A stretch of 64,000 nt of DNA from Phoronis australis (Eukaryota; Animalia; Phoronida). This document shows, in pieces, positions 1 to 12,000 of this stretch (the first letter of the stretch is position 1; every line of letters begins with the position of its first letter). Where the stretch lies: NCBI GenBank assembly GCA_002633005.1, contig NMRA01000160.1:375217-439216 (forward strand). The letters are read 5' to 3'. The notes below the pieces were generated by a model, which ran no database searches, was not told where the DNA came from, and saw only the letters and a program-made list of their open reading frames with translations. The translations under genes were made by a program, and so were the position numbers.

Positions 1-924
1 GTGACGGACATCAGCGAACGTTAAATTTGACAGCGAGTATAAAAAATTATTTTTTGCAAGGCGTAAATCGGTCAACGTCGGTGTAGATTTCAAGGCAGAC
101 ACATGTATTTTCGTCATCCTATTTCCTTCGAGACTGAGTAGTTTTAAAACACCAAGACCCACCAGACCGCTTTCTTCTAATTCCTCTATTTGATTCCGAT
201 CCAGGTGAAGAATATCTAAAGAGAGGCACCTAAGGAATGGTGACCCTTGCAGTGATCGTATCTTGTTTTCAGTCAGATCTAATCTACGGAGATTCGGTAA
301 ATTACGACAGAAGTCAGGCATAATTAAAACTAAATCATTGTAGGACAGATCCAGCACAGAAAGAGTCTCCAAATTTTCAAAAGCGCCCTGTTCAATGTAA
401 GATACGTCATTATTAGCTAGGAACAAGCTATGCAGATCCCTCAATCCTTCAAACTGTGCACGGCGTAGAGTTTTTAACTTGTTTTGCTCAAAATGAAGGG
501 ATTTTAGAGATGACATTGGAAAAAACACACGATCTGGAAGAAAGCTTACTTTGTTGTTGCTGAGATCCAGACTGAGTAGAGAAACAAGTCCTTCGAACGA
601 TCTTTCCGAGATATGGGTGATGGCGTTTGCGGCCAATCGGAAAAATATCAGGTTGGTTAACTGCTCAAAAGATTCATCGACAAGAGATGTCAAGTTGTTC
701 ATTGAAATAGTTAGGCTTGTCACATAGTCTCGTACAGGTGAAAACGCATTTCCTTCAATTTCCTGAATTCGACAGTCTTCTAAAGCGATGAAACGAGCAC
801 CCCAATACTGTTCCATAAACGTTTTGGTCAATACCGGAACAGGTTCCTCGCATCCTGATGAAGAGACGACGATCACTAGCACGTTCGTACAGCTCAAAAA
901 GAGAAGCAAACCAATTAACTGCAT
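1..924 (-). CDS. LRR receptor paralog (5' part, runs off window start)
   Basis: Manual translation from ATG at 924 (MQLIGLLLFLSCTNVLVIVVSSSGCEEPVPVLTKTFMEQYWGARFIALEDCRIQEIEGNAFSPVRDYVTSL...) is open for 308 codons to base 1. It is colinear with the 5909-8716 gene, with one extra codon. The ORF track missed it because no stop lies in the window. Confidence 0.9.
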   Translation of the reverse strand, partial: MQLIGLLLFLSCTNVLVIVVSSSGCEEPVPVLTKTFMEQYWGARFIALEDCRIQEIEGNAFSPVRDYVTSLTISMNNLTSLVDESFEQLTNLIFFRLAANAITHISERSFEGLVSLLSLDLSNNKVSFLPDRVFFPMSSLKSLHFEQNKLKTLRRAQFEGLRDLHSLFLANNDVSYIEQGAFENLETLSVLDLSYNDLVLIMPDFCRNLPNLRRLDLTENKIRSLQGSPFLRCLSLDILHLDRNQIEELEESGLVGLGVLKLLSLEGNRMTKIHVSALKSTPTLTDLRLAKNNFLYSLSNLTFADVRH

Positions 925-3329
925 TATCACAGGTCGACATGTGCATGCATTCCATGCGATGCTATCGTATGAGAGAATCAGTGCTCTTGAAGGCTGTTTT
1001 ATACTTTTGCCTACTCAGTTCACGAAACGATACGATGATTGAACTCGCACTTACTATGATGAGATAGCGACATCTGGTGACAGCATCCAAACATGAATCT
1101 AATGGATGAACCCTTCAACACAGCGGGGTCATACACTTTAATCTCATATTAACTAATCAAACGTGTGAGATTAACATAGGCCGATTTATGATATATTTGA
1201 CCTAAAAGAAACTATTTGGTAAAAATTATGATTAAGAGAAACTCAAATAAATTAAACGATAACCATGACACCGAGAATTTCATTTTTAAGGAAATGCACT
1301 GGTGCAAATACGGAGATAACAAATGTAAAGTAAATAGCAATACCTGCATTGTAACAACAATAGTGCCATTATCCACACTGACAATTTCTTTTATATCATT
1401 TTCCAACACGATATTTGCATAAAAAAGAGTTTCCACTCATCTGAGCAACAAGAATTATACTGGCAGTAGCCATAATTTTGGTTTCCGTTAATGGAGCTTT
1501 GTCCGCCAGCCTGAGGTGTAGATGGGCAACCCCAGGTGCCAGTGGATTAGGAGACCTTGATATAATTTTCAAGGTGACAGCTAGAAAATGAAGTTTTGAC
1601 GTTGTTCGCATTCTCTAGTTGCCAATATTGTGTTTATCTTTTTCCGAAACATATGGCCACATCTTTCGCAATTTTCATATCCTTTGGAAAAGTAGCTGTG
1701 CCTTAACATCGATTGATGATACTAACAAGTTCTTTTATAATCACTGGTTTAATCAATTTCATGAGTTTGGTGATAATGTTGTCAAAACGTCGATTTGTAT
1801 TTATTTTCAATAACTGCATGAAATTTAAATTTTGTTTCCGCAGTGTCCAATGACACTACTCCTCTGCTTTCATACACCGTTTTGTATTTTCACATGCGCT
1901 GTTGAAGATCTTGATTAATTTCGGCATGACGTTTGTTAATAGTGGGAGTGGACCTTTTCAAGCGCAGATCCAGGATTTTGTCCAGGGCGTCTGAAAATGG
2001 ACCGGCGTAGACTGCTGGCCGTGCGTCGGATTCTTATTCCATTACGGTGTTCGAAAACTGACCAAGCAGAGGGGGGGGGGTTGGGCTCCCCTTTAGAACA
2101 AAAGCTGCTTCTCTGAAGTATGAGATGGTGATGGGGGTTGTATTATTAACTCATCAGTTCATTGCATATAATCCTAGATTTTCATAGATCTTCATTGTTT
2201 CATCCATAGAACTGAAAGTCCGTGAAGAAAAAAATCATGGTCTCCTTCGTCGCTGATGTGGTATTTGATTGTTCGGCATCTTGCTCGATAGATAGTTTCA
2301 CAGCCTAGTGACGTCATCTAGAGTCTTTTCATCAAATTGACAGTGACTGATTGACAGAAAATTGTGTAAGTGGGTTATGTAAAAAACTGACTACACAACA
2401 ACTGTGAAAGAGACAAGATTTTTTCATTCTTGCGTTGGGCTCAATAAAAATGGCAGTAAAAATGAAGGTTAGCTCATGATCCAAAAATTTGCGATACAGA
2501 TCGGGAGAGCGATGAAAGTGAATACAAATGGCCTGAAAATGACCAGTGAAAATGATATTTTGTATTCTAAAATGGGATAACATTAACAAATCAATTACTC
2601 TATTCAAACTAGTTTTTTGTATTTTATTTTTTCTATTTCTTGCCACTTCGTTATTTCTGTTTTAGTATGAAGCCATGAGGAGTAGATGCTGACGAAAGTC
2701 ACCCACTTCCCAGTACTTTTATTTTGCGATTTTTAAGAAAATTACAAACTGGTTGTAGATATAGTTAAAAAACTTATATAATGTCAGGCTCAGGTTTCTT
2801 TTATCAAGGCCAGCTGATATGCTAAGTTTCAAAAGGATCGGTGATTTTGCATATATAGCCCACTATCTGGTTTTTATGTAGAATCGGTCTTAAATTTTGA
2901 GATTATCATTTTTGCATTCAAATCCGTTTTTGAGCATTTTAAATAAGGACAAAAATCACAGAGTTGTCTTACGTTTGATCGCTCCGACTTGGTACGAAAT
3001 CTACGCCTCACTATTAAAGAAATGACGTCCACCCGCATCCTTCTTTGGCAAGCCCTCCAGCTTTTTTAAAAGCCCCCACCTGCATCAATGAAACTGGTTT
3101 GTGATGAAAAAGAAAACCTAGAACTTTTGCTGATATCTAGAGTTTTTCTGTGGAACGTAACAAATACCCCAACTCTGGTGGCCATAGGCAATTACTAGAC
3201 TTAGTCTGTTCAAAAATAGTTCGACAAACGTACAATTCATGAGAACTGGAAATAGCAAAAACATCAAAAGCAGAAATGGACGCTTGCCAATGGATTTGAG
3301 GACAGTATTAGAGATAATGTCATGTTTTT

Positions 3330-4050
3330 TCGTGTCAGCTACAATAATGGTTACATGTTGAGCCAATATGACCGGATCAAAGATTAGATAATACACGCTA
3401 GTGTCAGGAAGCTGTCGCAGTTTGCATTTCGATGTGAACACCTGCCAACCTGTATAGTGATCGGATGGATATTGCAAACCACGAAGTTGTTCCGCATTAG
3501 GTGATGTAACACTAAAGAATCACACGGAAACTCTGTGCATTTTGCGTGACATGTAGACACAAATTAAAGTACTTCCATAAACACTGAGTAATTGATAAAA
3601 CGTTTTCTGCCTGCATTTATTGACATCAAAAACATGTTTGTGAATCAGAATTACACTTAGGATTTCTAAATTTAGCAACAACAACATACAACAATCATGC
3701 ATACATTTACATACATAATTAAAATCAGCCCCAGTTTCAAGAACCAGATGGGATGCAAATGTCCCCTCTTAGCGCCACCTGTAGAGTCACATATGATTCC
3801 GGTCGTTGCTTGTATTGGTTGAGTTACGTAGCGCAAGACACTCTTAAAACATTTGGAGTCACAAATCTTCGCTCATGGAACGGAAAAGTGAAATTATTGT
3901 GACAATTCAATATCCAAGCTTCGGTGATCAAACACGTCAGTGGCGGCCATTTTGCTAGTCTGCACCAGTAAGGTCTTGACCATCTACACATGGTAATTAA
4001 CAGGTCCTTGGCAATAACCCCTGGAGTGATTTCTCCTAGCTTCTCTAGTC
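3330..4050 (-). pseudogene. possible decayed discoidin (FA58C) domain fragments
   Basis: Fragments LGEITPGVIAKDLLIT...RLAKWPP...EAWIL and LQYPSDHYTGWQ...DTSVYYLIFDPVILAQHVTI loosely resemble the N- and C-terminal halves of F5/8 type C domains. No intact gene model. Confidence 0.25.
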
Positions 4051-4768
4051 TGGAGTAATGTGCTCCCACCAAGGCGAGAAATGACACACTGCGAATACTG
4101 TTTGATATACGCTGTGCATGCAAGCACATTTTTTGCCTTTTTATGATCAGGTTTAAGATTGGCAATTTTAGTAATTTGGGCTAATTCGTTTTAATGGTAC
4201 TTTTGTCGCGGTAGTTGTACAATCTGCATCTATTGCGAATACCAGAAACGTGTTTTTCTGTTTGTTGTTTACAGCGACCTGATCTACTCACCATCTTTAA
4301 CAGTTTCTTCCATATCAACCCCCTTTTCTCCAGAAATGTGCAACTTAGAAGGGGAGAACTTTTGAAATGTTGTATTAGAAATACTTTATTTAGTAGTACG
4401 CGAAAATAGTGAACTGTATATTAAAAGTATTCACAAAATGTACTTTTACAGCGCAGAACCCGCTGACTTTTTTCTAGTAGGTAGTCTCATACAAGTTTAT
4501 GCATTTGCGCCGAGCACAATGTGCAATGATTGTGTTTACCTAAATTTCAATTAATAACCTAATCAAGTGGTCATTTCCTCGTGTAAAGTTGTTGTGAGCA
4601 ATGAGCATTCTGTATGTTGGCTTTACGCGTATTACGCACAATTTCTTCTGAACAGTTACGACTGAAGGGCGTGAAATAAAATGGACGCGACACCTGGGAG
4701 GAAAATCGTTTGTTTTTGCAGGTTCCGATTGATGTCTAGCATAGTTGTTAGAAGAAATCATGGAATAC

Positions 4769-5663
4769 TGTCAGAATAATTATTGATTAAGTAATTAGTA
4801 AGAATATCCATTTTAAGTTGTCTAAAATTTGTGCATATGTACTTTTAAATCATGGGATCAGACTTGTTGACATGTACTTTAACGTCAAAATCTATTCTTA
4901 GATGGTGTTTACAACTTTGGGTTCTGGGTTCAAAGTACTGTAGAGATTCTAGAAAATTCTGAGAAAAAATTGTAACAGCCAATAATGTGAGTGGATATGA
5001 TCATGTGGTTTTTATTAGCCAATCACTAAATAAGTAAAATATTATATTATGGGCTGAAATCAACAAGATATTCAGATGCGCTATAGTAGTTGAAGCATAA
5101 AGACTTGCTACAGTGTACAGAGGCAATTGTACAACAGAGCCATCTCGTGGAAGATTCTAGAAAGGATCTTAGCAAGGGCAAGGGTTAACGAACAGGAAGT
5201 TAACTAAGACCTTGCCACTTGCATTGTGGGTAGTAAGGTACTACCTGAAGTGTTGCGTCATCAGCCAGAGACTGTGACCAGCAAGAAGAATCGCGGGTAG
5301 AAGAAATTGCCTGCAAGTGTTTGCATCACCAGAGACGGTGACCAACAAGTACACTGTCGTTATACAGTGTGTGTAGTTCGAAGATTCACCAACAGGAGAG
5401 ACATCCAACAAGTGGAGAGTCCTAGCTTGGATAGCAGATAAGACATTTGATTGTTTTGGTTGTTTGATTAAAGTAATCTTTAAAGAGGGCGCTAGCGTAG
5501 TTACTCTTTGTAGTCGATAACTTAATTAACAATAGGTTTCATTTGTCTAATTAGGGGTTATCATATAATAAATTAATTACTGAATTTGGTTATTCATTCT
5601 CCATCTACACACAATCTCAAAGCATAGCTAACTTTTAAACAAACCCACAGTCAATCTCTGACA
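4769..5663. mobile_element. solo LTR (895 bp)
   Basis: Ends TGTCAGA...TCTGACA (TG..CA with short inverted ends), flanked by a perfect 5-bp duplication AATAC (4764-4768 and 5664-5668). AATAAA near 5567. Confidence 0.8.
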
Positions 5664-5786
5664 AATACACCAACGTTTTGTGCATTTTATGAACACAGGA
5701 CTCCTGTGTTATCAGTTTCATTTCGAGTGAACTCTGTCAGTCGGTCTTTGAATTGACTGATCCGTGAAACGTCAATCCAAATACAC

Positions 5787-5850
5787 TGGCGGCGCACCGT
5801 TGGAGGGAGGGGGGCTATAGCCTCCAACTTATATCTGTGCTGCGCCGCCA
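5787..5850. mobile_element. tiny hairpin MITE
   Basis: TGGCGGCGCA...TGCGCCGCCA inverted ends around GGGGGCTATAGCC. Related copy at 26361-26429. Confidence 0.55.
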
Positions 5851-5908
5851 AGAAAGTAGTTGTAAGCCTACTGTATCTAGTTCGTCCGTATCATCATGTA
5901 GAACTCTT

Positions 5909-8716
5909 TTATACCTCACGCCTCATTATAAACCGCTTAATATGATAACCAACAGCCAGAATGAGCCCAACGGAGGAAACTACAAAACCAGTTGCGCAGA
6001 CGATTAGTGCAATTTCAACTCCTTTGGCAAAGCTTTCTGCCTTTTTATTAACCGATTGAGGACATTTTCCAAAATTGAAAACGACATGGCCCACCATATT
6101 CTTTGCCGCACACGAATACTCGTTAACGCAACGTAGTTGCATATCACGTGCTCTGACTTTGACTTTTCTCGAGCTATTTGTGTAGAAATATTGACTGGAC
6201 TCATTTAGGATCAATGTTCTGGGCAAGTTTTGTATCTGAATTTTGGGTGCAGGGTCCCCTGAAAACACACACTCGACAGTAGCAACCTTGGAATCCGTTA
6301 TTATTTCAAATCTGATCAAAACTGGTTTCTTACATGTCAGGTTGAAAGAAAAGAAATCACGCATTGTTACAGTGACGGGCGTGGAACAAATTGGACGGCT
6401 GCTTGGTGAAAACTTCAGCGAGCCGTTCAATAGAAGTTGCTGAAGAGGACGCAGTAGACAATTACAGTGGAGAGGGTTTCCTTCAAACAAAAACTGGGTA
6501 TTCATTGATTTCGTGCCGGCCACTTTCCGGAAACTGGCTATCGAGAAAGATCGCAGTTTGTTGTGTGATATATCTATTAGGCTCGCGTGCGGTAAAACGT
6601 TTTCTTCTATATGTTCAATTCTATTATGGGCAAGTAGAATTGAATGAATGTGCTTAAAGTTGCCAAGCAGGTTGGACTGGAGAGTTACTAATCGGTTGTT
6701 TGTAAGCGACAAATGCCAGAGATTCGCGAGATTATTGAACGCACCGGGTTCTATTTGTGTAATCCCATTGTTTTCCAGATTGAGGTAGCGAAGTGAACGT
6801 GGTGCTTTTTTAAACATTGTTACGGAAACGTTTTGTAGTCGATTGCCATACAAGTCTAAATTCTCCAAGCTAAGTAACCTTTGAAAACCATCATCACCAA
6901 CATGTTCGATCAAGTTTGACGAAAACTTGGCTATTCTAATAGACCTAGAGGCCAGTATAGTTTGGTCTAGAATTCTTAGATTATTATGACTTAAAATCAG
7001 TGTTGTAAGGTTAGGAAGAGCATCCAGTGTACCAGGCTCGATCAGATGTATGTTGTTGTAGGAAAGGTCGATTCTGTCTAGGTTTTTAAGTCCAAACAAC
7101 ATCGTTGCAGAAACGATAGTTAGTTTGTTTGAATTTAGATTGAGAGATGACGTTCTAGTTTGGTAAGAAAACGCGTAACTTTCTATCCACCGAAGCTTCA
7201 TCTTTAAGCTAATGTCCAGACTTTGAATATTTTGAAGAAATGCGTGACCAATAGTTACGTCTTTTTTTCCATCGTGGTTGATTCGAATAATCGGTCCTAA
7301 AATTGGCCTAATAAATGTGCTGTTTTCATTCACTGTTCGAAGAAAGATATTCAGGGACATGCGCACATTTATGGAGGGGAGATCCTCAGACCTTGTCACC
7401 TCTATACTTAAAGTATTCAAATGTTGACTTGAAAATACATCGTGAGGGAATATAGTCAAGGGATTGCCATGAACAAACAATGATTTTAAGCTTCTTGGAA
7501 AGTAGAACATTGTTCTAATGTTGTTATTATCAATCCGTAGAACCTGGAGGTTTTTGGTTTCTTGAAAAGTGTTTGGTTCCACGTATGATATGTCATTATA
7601 GCTGACATCTAACTCGATTAAAGTCAATAGTCCTCTTAATATGCCTCCATTCAAGGACGTCAAGTTATTGTCCACAAGAAAAAGACCTTTTAGAGATCCA
7701 AGATTTTCAAACACCCCTTCTGGTAATTCGGAAATGCTGCTTGAGTACAAGAACAATTCTTCAATTTGACGGACATCAGCGAATGTTGATTTTGACAACG
7801 AGTATAAAAAATTATTTTCGACGCGTAAAATGATCAACATAGGTGCAGATTTTAAGGCAGAATCATGTATTTTCGTCATGCTATTTCCTTCAAGACTGAG
7901 TAGTTTTAAAACACCAAGACCCACCAAACTGTCTTCTTCTAATTCATCTAGCTGATTCCGATTCAGAAGAAGAATATCTAGTGAAAAGCAGCTCAGGAAT
8001 GGTGACCCTTGGAGAGACAGTATCTTGTTTGCAGTCAGATCTAGTCCACGGAGATTTGGTAAATCGCGACAGACGTCAGGCAGAATTGAATTTAAAACAT
8101 TGTGAGATAGATCCAGCTCAGCAAGATTCTCCAAATTCTCGAAAGCACCATGTTCGATGTAAGACACGTTATTATGAGCTAGCGTTAAGCTACCGAGCTC
8201 CCTTAACCCTTTAAATTGTCCAGTACGTAGTCTTTTTAACTTGTTTTTCCCTAAATTAAGGTAATTTAGAGACGGCATTGGAGAAAACACACGATCAGGA
8301 ATGAAGCTTACTTTGTTGTAGCTGAGATCCAGACTGAGTAGAGAAACAAGTCCTTCGAACGATCTTTCTGAGATGTGGGAGATGTTGTTTGTGTCCAGTC
8401 GGAGAAAAATCAGGTTGATTAACTGGTCGAAAGATTCATCGGCAAGGGATGATAAGTTGTTTTTTGAAATAGTTAGGCTTGTCACGTAGTCTCGAACAGG
8501 TGAGAACGCATTTGCCTCAATTTCTTGAATTCCACAGTCGTTTAAAACGATGAAACGTGCACCCCAATACTGTTCCATAAACGTTTTGGTCAATACGGAA
8601 ATAGGTTCCTCACATTCTGAAGAAGAAATGCTCCTCACTCGCCCTCCCATCCAGCTCAAAATCAGAAGCAAAGTAATTAATTGCATTATTAGAGGCCGAC
8701 AATACATGCAATCCAT
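5909..8716 (-). CDS. intronless leucine-rich-repeat / Ig / transmembrane receptor (LIG-type), 935 aa (925 aa from probable true start at 8686)
   Basis: Signal-peptide-like N-terminus, more than 20 LxxLxLxxNxL repeats, LRRCT (GNPLHCNCLLRPL...PICSTP), Ig-like segment (VECVFSGDPAPKI...YSCAAKNMVG), TM helix (IALIVCATGFVVSSVGLILAVGY) and 10-aa tail with no TIR domain. Confidence 0.93.
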   Translation of the reverse strand: MDCMYCRPLIMQLITLLLILSWMGGRVRSISSSECEEPISVLTKTFMEQYWGARFIVLNDCGIQEIEANAFSPVRDYVTSLTISKNNLSSLADESFDQLINLIFLRLDTNNISHISERSFEGLVSLLSLDLSYNKVSFIPDRVFSPMPSLNYLNLGKNKLKRLRTGQFKGLRELGSLTLAHNNVSYIEHGAFENLENLAELDLSHNVLNSILPDVCRDLPNLRGLDLTANKILSLQGSPFLSCFSLDILLLNRNQLDELEEDSLVGLGVLKLLSLEGNSMTKIHDSALKSAPMLIILRVENNFLYSLSKSTFADVRQIEELFLYSSSISELPEGVFENLGSLKGLFLVDNNLTSLNGGILRGLLTLIELDVSYNDISYVEPNTFQETKNLQVLRIDNNNIRTMFYFPRSLKSLFVHGNPLTIFPHDVFSSQHLNTLSIEVTRSEDLPSINVRMSLNIFLRTVNENSTFIRPILGPIIRINHDGKKDVTIGHAFLQNIQSLDISLKMKLRWIESYAFSYQTRTSSLNLNSNKLTIVSATMLFGLKNLDRIDLSYNNIHLIEPGTLDALPNLTTLILSHNNLRILDQTILASRSIRIAKFSSNLIEHVGDDGFQRLLSLENLDLYGNRLQNVSVTMFKKAPRSLRYLNLENNGITQIEPGAFNNLANLWHLSLTNNRLVTLQSNLLGNFKHIHSILLAHNRIEHIEENVLPHASLIDISHNKLRSFSIASFRKVAGTKSMNTQFLFEGNPLHCNCLLRPLQQLLLNGSLKFSPSSRPICSTPVTVTMRDFFSFNLTCKKPVLIRFEIITDSKVATVECVFSGDPAPKIQIQNLPRTLILNESSQYFYTNSSRKVKVRARDMQLRCVNEYSCAAKNMVGHVVFNFGKCPQSVNKKAESFAKGVEIALIVCATGFVVSSVGLILAVGYHIKRFIMRREV

Positions 8717-9046
8717 GCAATGCTACCGTGTGACAGAATCAAAGTTATTGATTGCCGTTATATAGCTTTGCCGACTCAGTGCAACAAATAATATGGACTC
8801 GTATATGCTACGATTACACCACGATGTCTGGTGACATCATCTAAACCTGAAGCTATTGGATAGCGTTATGTGCACGAGACAGTCCTAGCTGCCTGACATA
8901 CCGGTAATCTTTTCTGTAAATTAACCAAAAGTCATATAGTGGCATGCGTCGATTTCCACTATATTTGACCTACAAGAAAGTACTTGATGAGAAGTATAAT
9001 TTAGAGAAACCCGAATGAAACCGTGAAACCGAATATTTCATTTTAA

Positions 9047-12000
9047 GTACTAGTCCACGGGAGCACCAGCCATCCAGCGGCAAGGTGGGGGTCAGCCGAT
9101 TTTCACCAAATTTGGCACATAAGTAGTCCTATGGTATCTATAAACATCGGTAAAATATTTCCTCAAAATATTGCGTTTTTCTAAAGTTATAGTCTCAAAC
9201 ACATTTTACGGCTTCGCAGCCATGTTTTCACGGTATAAAAACTGTCCAGTTTTAACTGTTTATATTTTTCCTTGAATGAATGCTATTGATTTATTATTGA
9301 CTTGGCATTGTTTAGTGGTGCCTATAGATTGTTACACAGATGCCTTGAAACAAGATTCCGATTTACCACCCTCATTTAGTAGTTTTACTAAAATCAGCCC
9401 CCCGTCATGCCATTTTGAGGTTGTGCTCAGTACACTGCTGTACCAAATCTGCCCCCACTGCTATGAGAATGAAACTTAGCCAAAATGTTGAAAAAACGTG
9501 TTACTTTCATTGCATAAAATAAAAACTTTGTCAGCCAGTTTATTAGTTATACATTTTGGCACCTCAAATGTACTAAAATGAGAAATTTTCATATATCTGA
9601 GATCGATGCGTGAGCACCGTAAAATCCGATTGTCCTTCATGTTTTTCGATATTTTGCAACAAGTTAGTTCCTCCTGAATGTTTTGAACGTTTTACTACTT
9701 ACCACTTAGGGCTATAGTACCCCTAAATACCATACATAGCTCCATTTTGTAAAAAGCCGATTATGTCCTCCACAGTGAACAGGGTTAGACATGAACTCGA
9801 CAAATGTAGGTTATTTTGATTTACAGTTGTTATACCTTGCAATTTCTTCATGGGTATTTCTTCACACGTATTCAAGTCAGATTTTCTGTTGATCAAGTGT
9901 TCATGCAATGCATTTTAATATCAAATGAATGATAAGTTTGGTGGCATGACCGCAATTTTTCCCACGACTTAAAACAAAAGACCGCAGAAATTTTCCTGAC
10001 GAAATACCGGGTTTGCAAGTCTCTAAAAACATTCGAATGACAAGACAAACTCCGCCACTGTCTGTGGCAACTCGTCGCATGTTTTTCGCCCATCGGTCCT
10101 ATCATGGTTTTCCTTTGTTGTGTCATTGTTGGATATAACAACACAGGTCGCATGGATTTAGAACCTTGCGTACATCAGACCGTTGCCGATAAGTGCTCGT
10201 CATTATATCTTTATTATAACAACGGGAACATTGAAGATGCTAACCTATTGTTTTCTATGCGACCAGATTTGAAGTGGATGACCACAGAAGAGGAATCCCA
10301 AAGTATCCATAAACAATGACCACGCACGTTAGTAACTATTACCGCGCACACGAATCCTTTCCGTGGAACCTAAACCAAATTTTTATATCCGTGTATTGTG
10401 TTGTATTGCTCATGGTACGGGTTCAGACTCCGTTGTATTAAGATTCCACTCCCAAACCCTGTAATATGTAGTTTGAATAAAATTTGTAGACAATGCAGGT
10501 TTATGGATTTATTTTCCTTTAAATGAAGAGTAAAAATCAAATTTTGCACAGGTTTTTTAAAAGTAATCACTTATTGGAAGATCACACATCTAAAAAATAA
10601 AACAATGTTTGACAATTTTATTCATTACCTTATTTGAAAATTGCCTGCCTCACAGACAACTCATCTAAGTTGAAAATATTCCTTGTGAAAAAAAAAAATA
10701 AAATACCAACCACAGACTTGTGTACTACAAAATATGTTTTCGTAATACAATGCAAAGATAACTGTGCAGTCAAAAGTGCAACTGTTATGACTCTAATAAA
10801 AAATTGCCTTCTAGATCTTTTCAACACTCCAATTGCTACAGGACAAAGTCAACCACACAAAGCTCATTAAGTCAGGGAATTACATTTAAGGTGATGTAGT
10901 CTCACTGCGAAAAAGTGATTTCGCAATGTCGCTGACAACACTGGAAATCTCTTCTTCACAAAATTGAGGTAGCTGTATTTACCACATCAATGTTCTTATC
11001 AAAACTAACCACCACAAAATGAAAAATTGGCTTGTCGGTTCCAATTAGGCAGCATTTTACGATAAAATGGTCATGAAAAAAAACTTTTGCAACATGGTTT
11101 GCATTACAATAGCCCTACGATTACAGTTGTACATACATACTAGACCAGTAACAAAATTACCCATGGGAACCATAAAATGGTCAATTCGCCAAAAAAACAA
11201 GAGCCACCAGAGCTAATGTGCCAATACTTTTCACGTACTGCAACAGAAAATCATTTGAAGTGGACATAAACTCGCCTAAAATCAACTAAAACAACTTTTG
11301 ATTTAGACATTTTACCATCATGAAATAGGTATTACTTCCAGGTCACTTTTGAGCAATTTCAGAGCTTTGAAAGATCTGGCAATATGCAATTGCTAAAGAC
11401 CAGCCTAATAGTGTGTGATTTTATACACACAGCATGGTCTCAAGGAATAGCAAACTGTCAATTCGCTACAATTCCAGAAATCACTTCACATATGGATAAG
11501 GAACAAACTGAGCAAAGTTTATAGAGGTAAATGGTCTAAATCAAAACTTATTACCTCATGGACAGAAGGTTTACAACCCAGGCAGAAAGATAACTAAAAA
11601 AAAACAGCCTAACTGCAACAGGGGCTCAAATTTCAGCAATATACATTTACAAACAAAAATCTATAATGGTAAATAAAATGCGGAAACATAAATTCATATC
11701 AATTACGCATCTTCAAGGAAAAGTACAGTGGTCAGAAATCATATAAATATGATGGCCACACTGAGAAATCCTGTCAGACCAAAAAATCCAGTGGCTAAAC
11801 AAAATGAACAATGTACCATTACCATGTGGCCAAGGATCATGATCAGTGCCTGGACAAAAATTCAGTCTAGGTAAATTTTAGATTTGTGCTGTTCACACAA
11901 GCAGTTCTGGTGCAAACAAAGCTTGCGACAACACACAAGCCTACTTTTCTACACAGCTGTGCTGACACAATAATGCCCCCAATGGATTTAGCAGATCAGC

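Noticed and set aside
755-955. 66-aa ORF MECMHMSTC...
   Set aside because: Out-of-frame reading of the LRR paralog 5' end. The real frame starts at 924.
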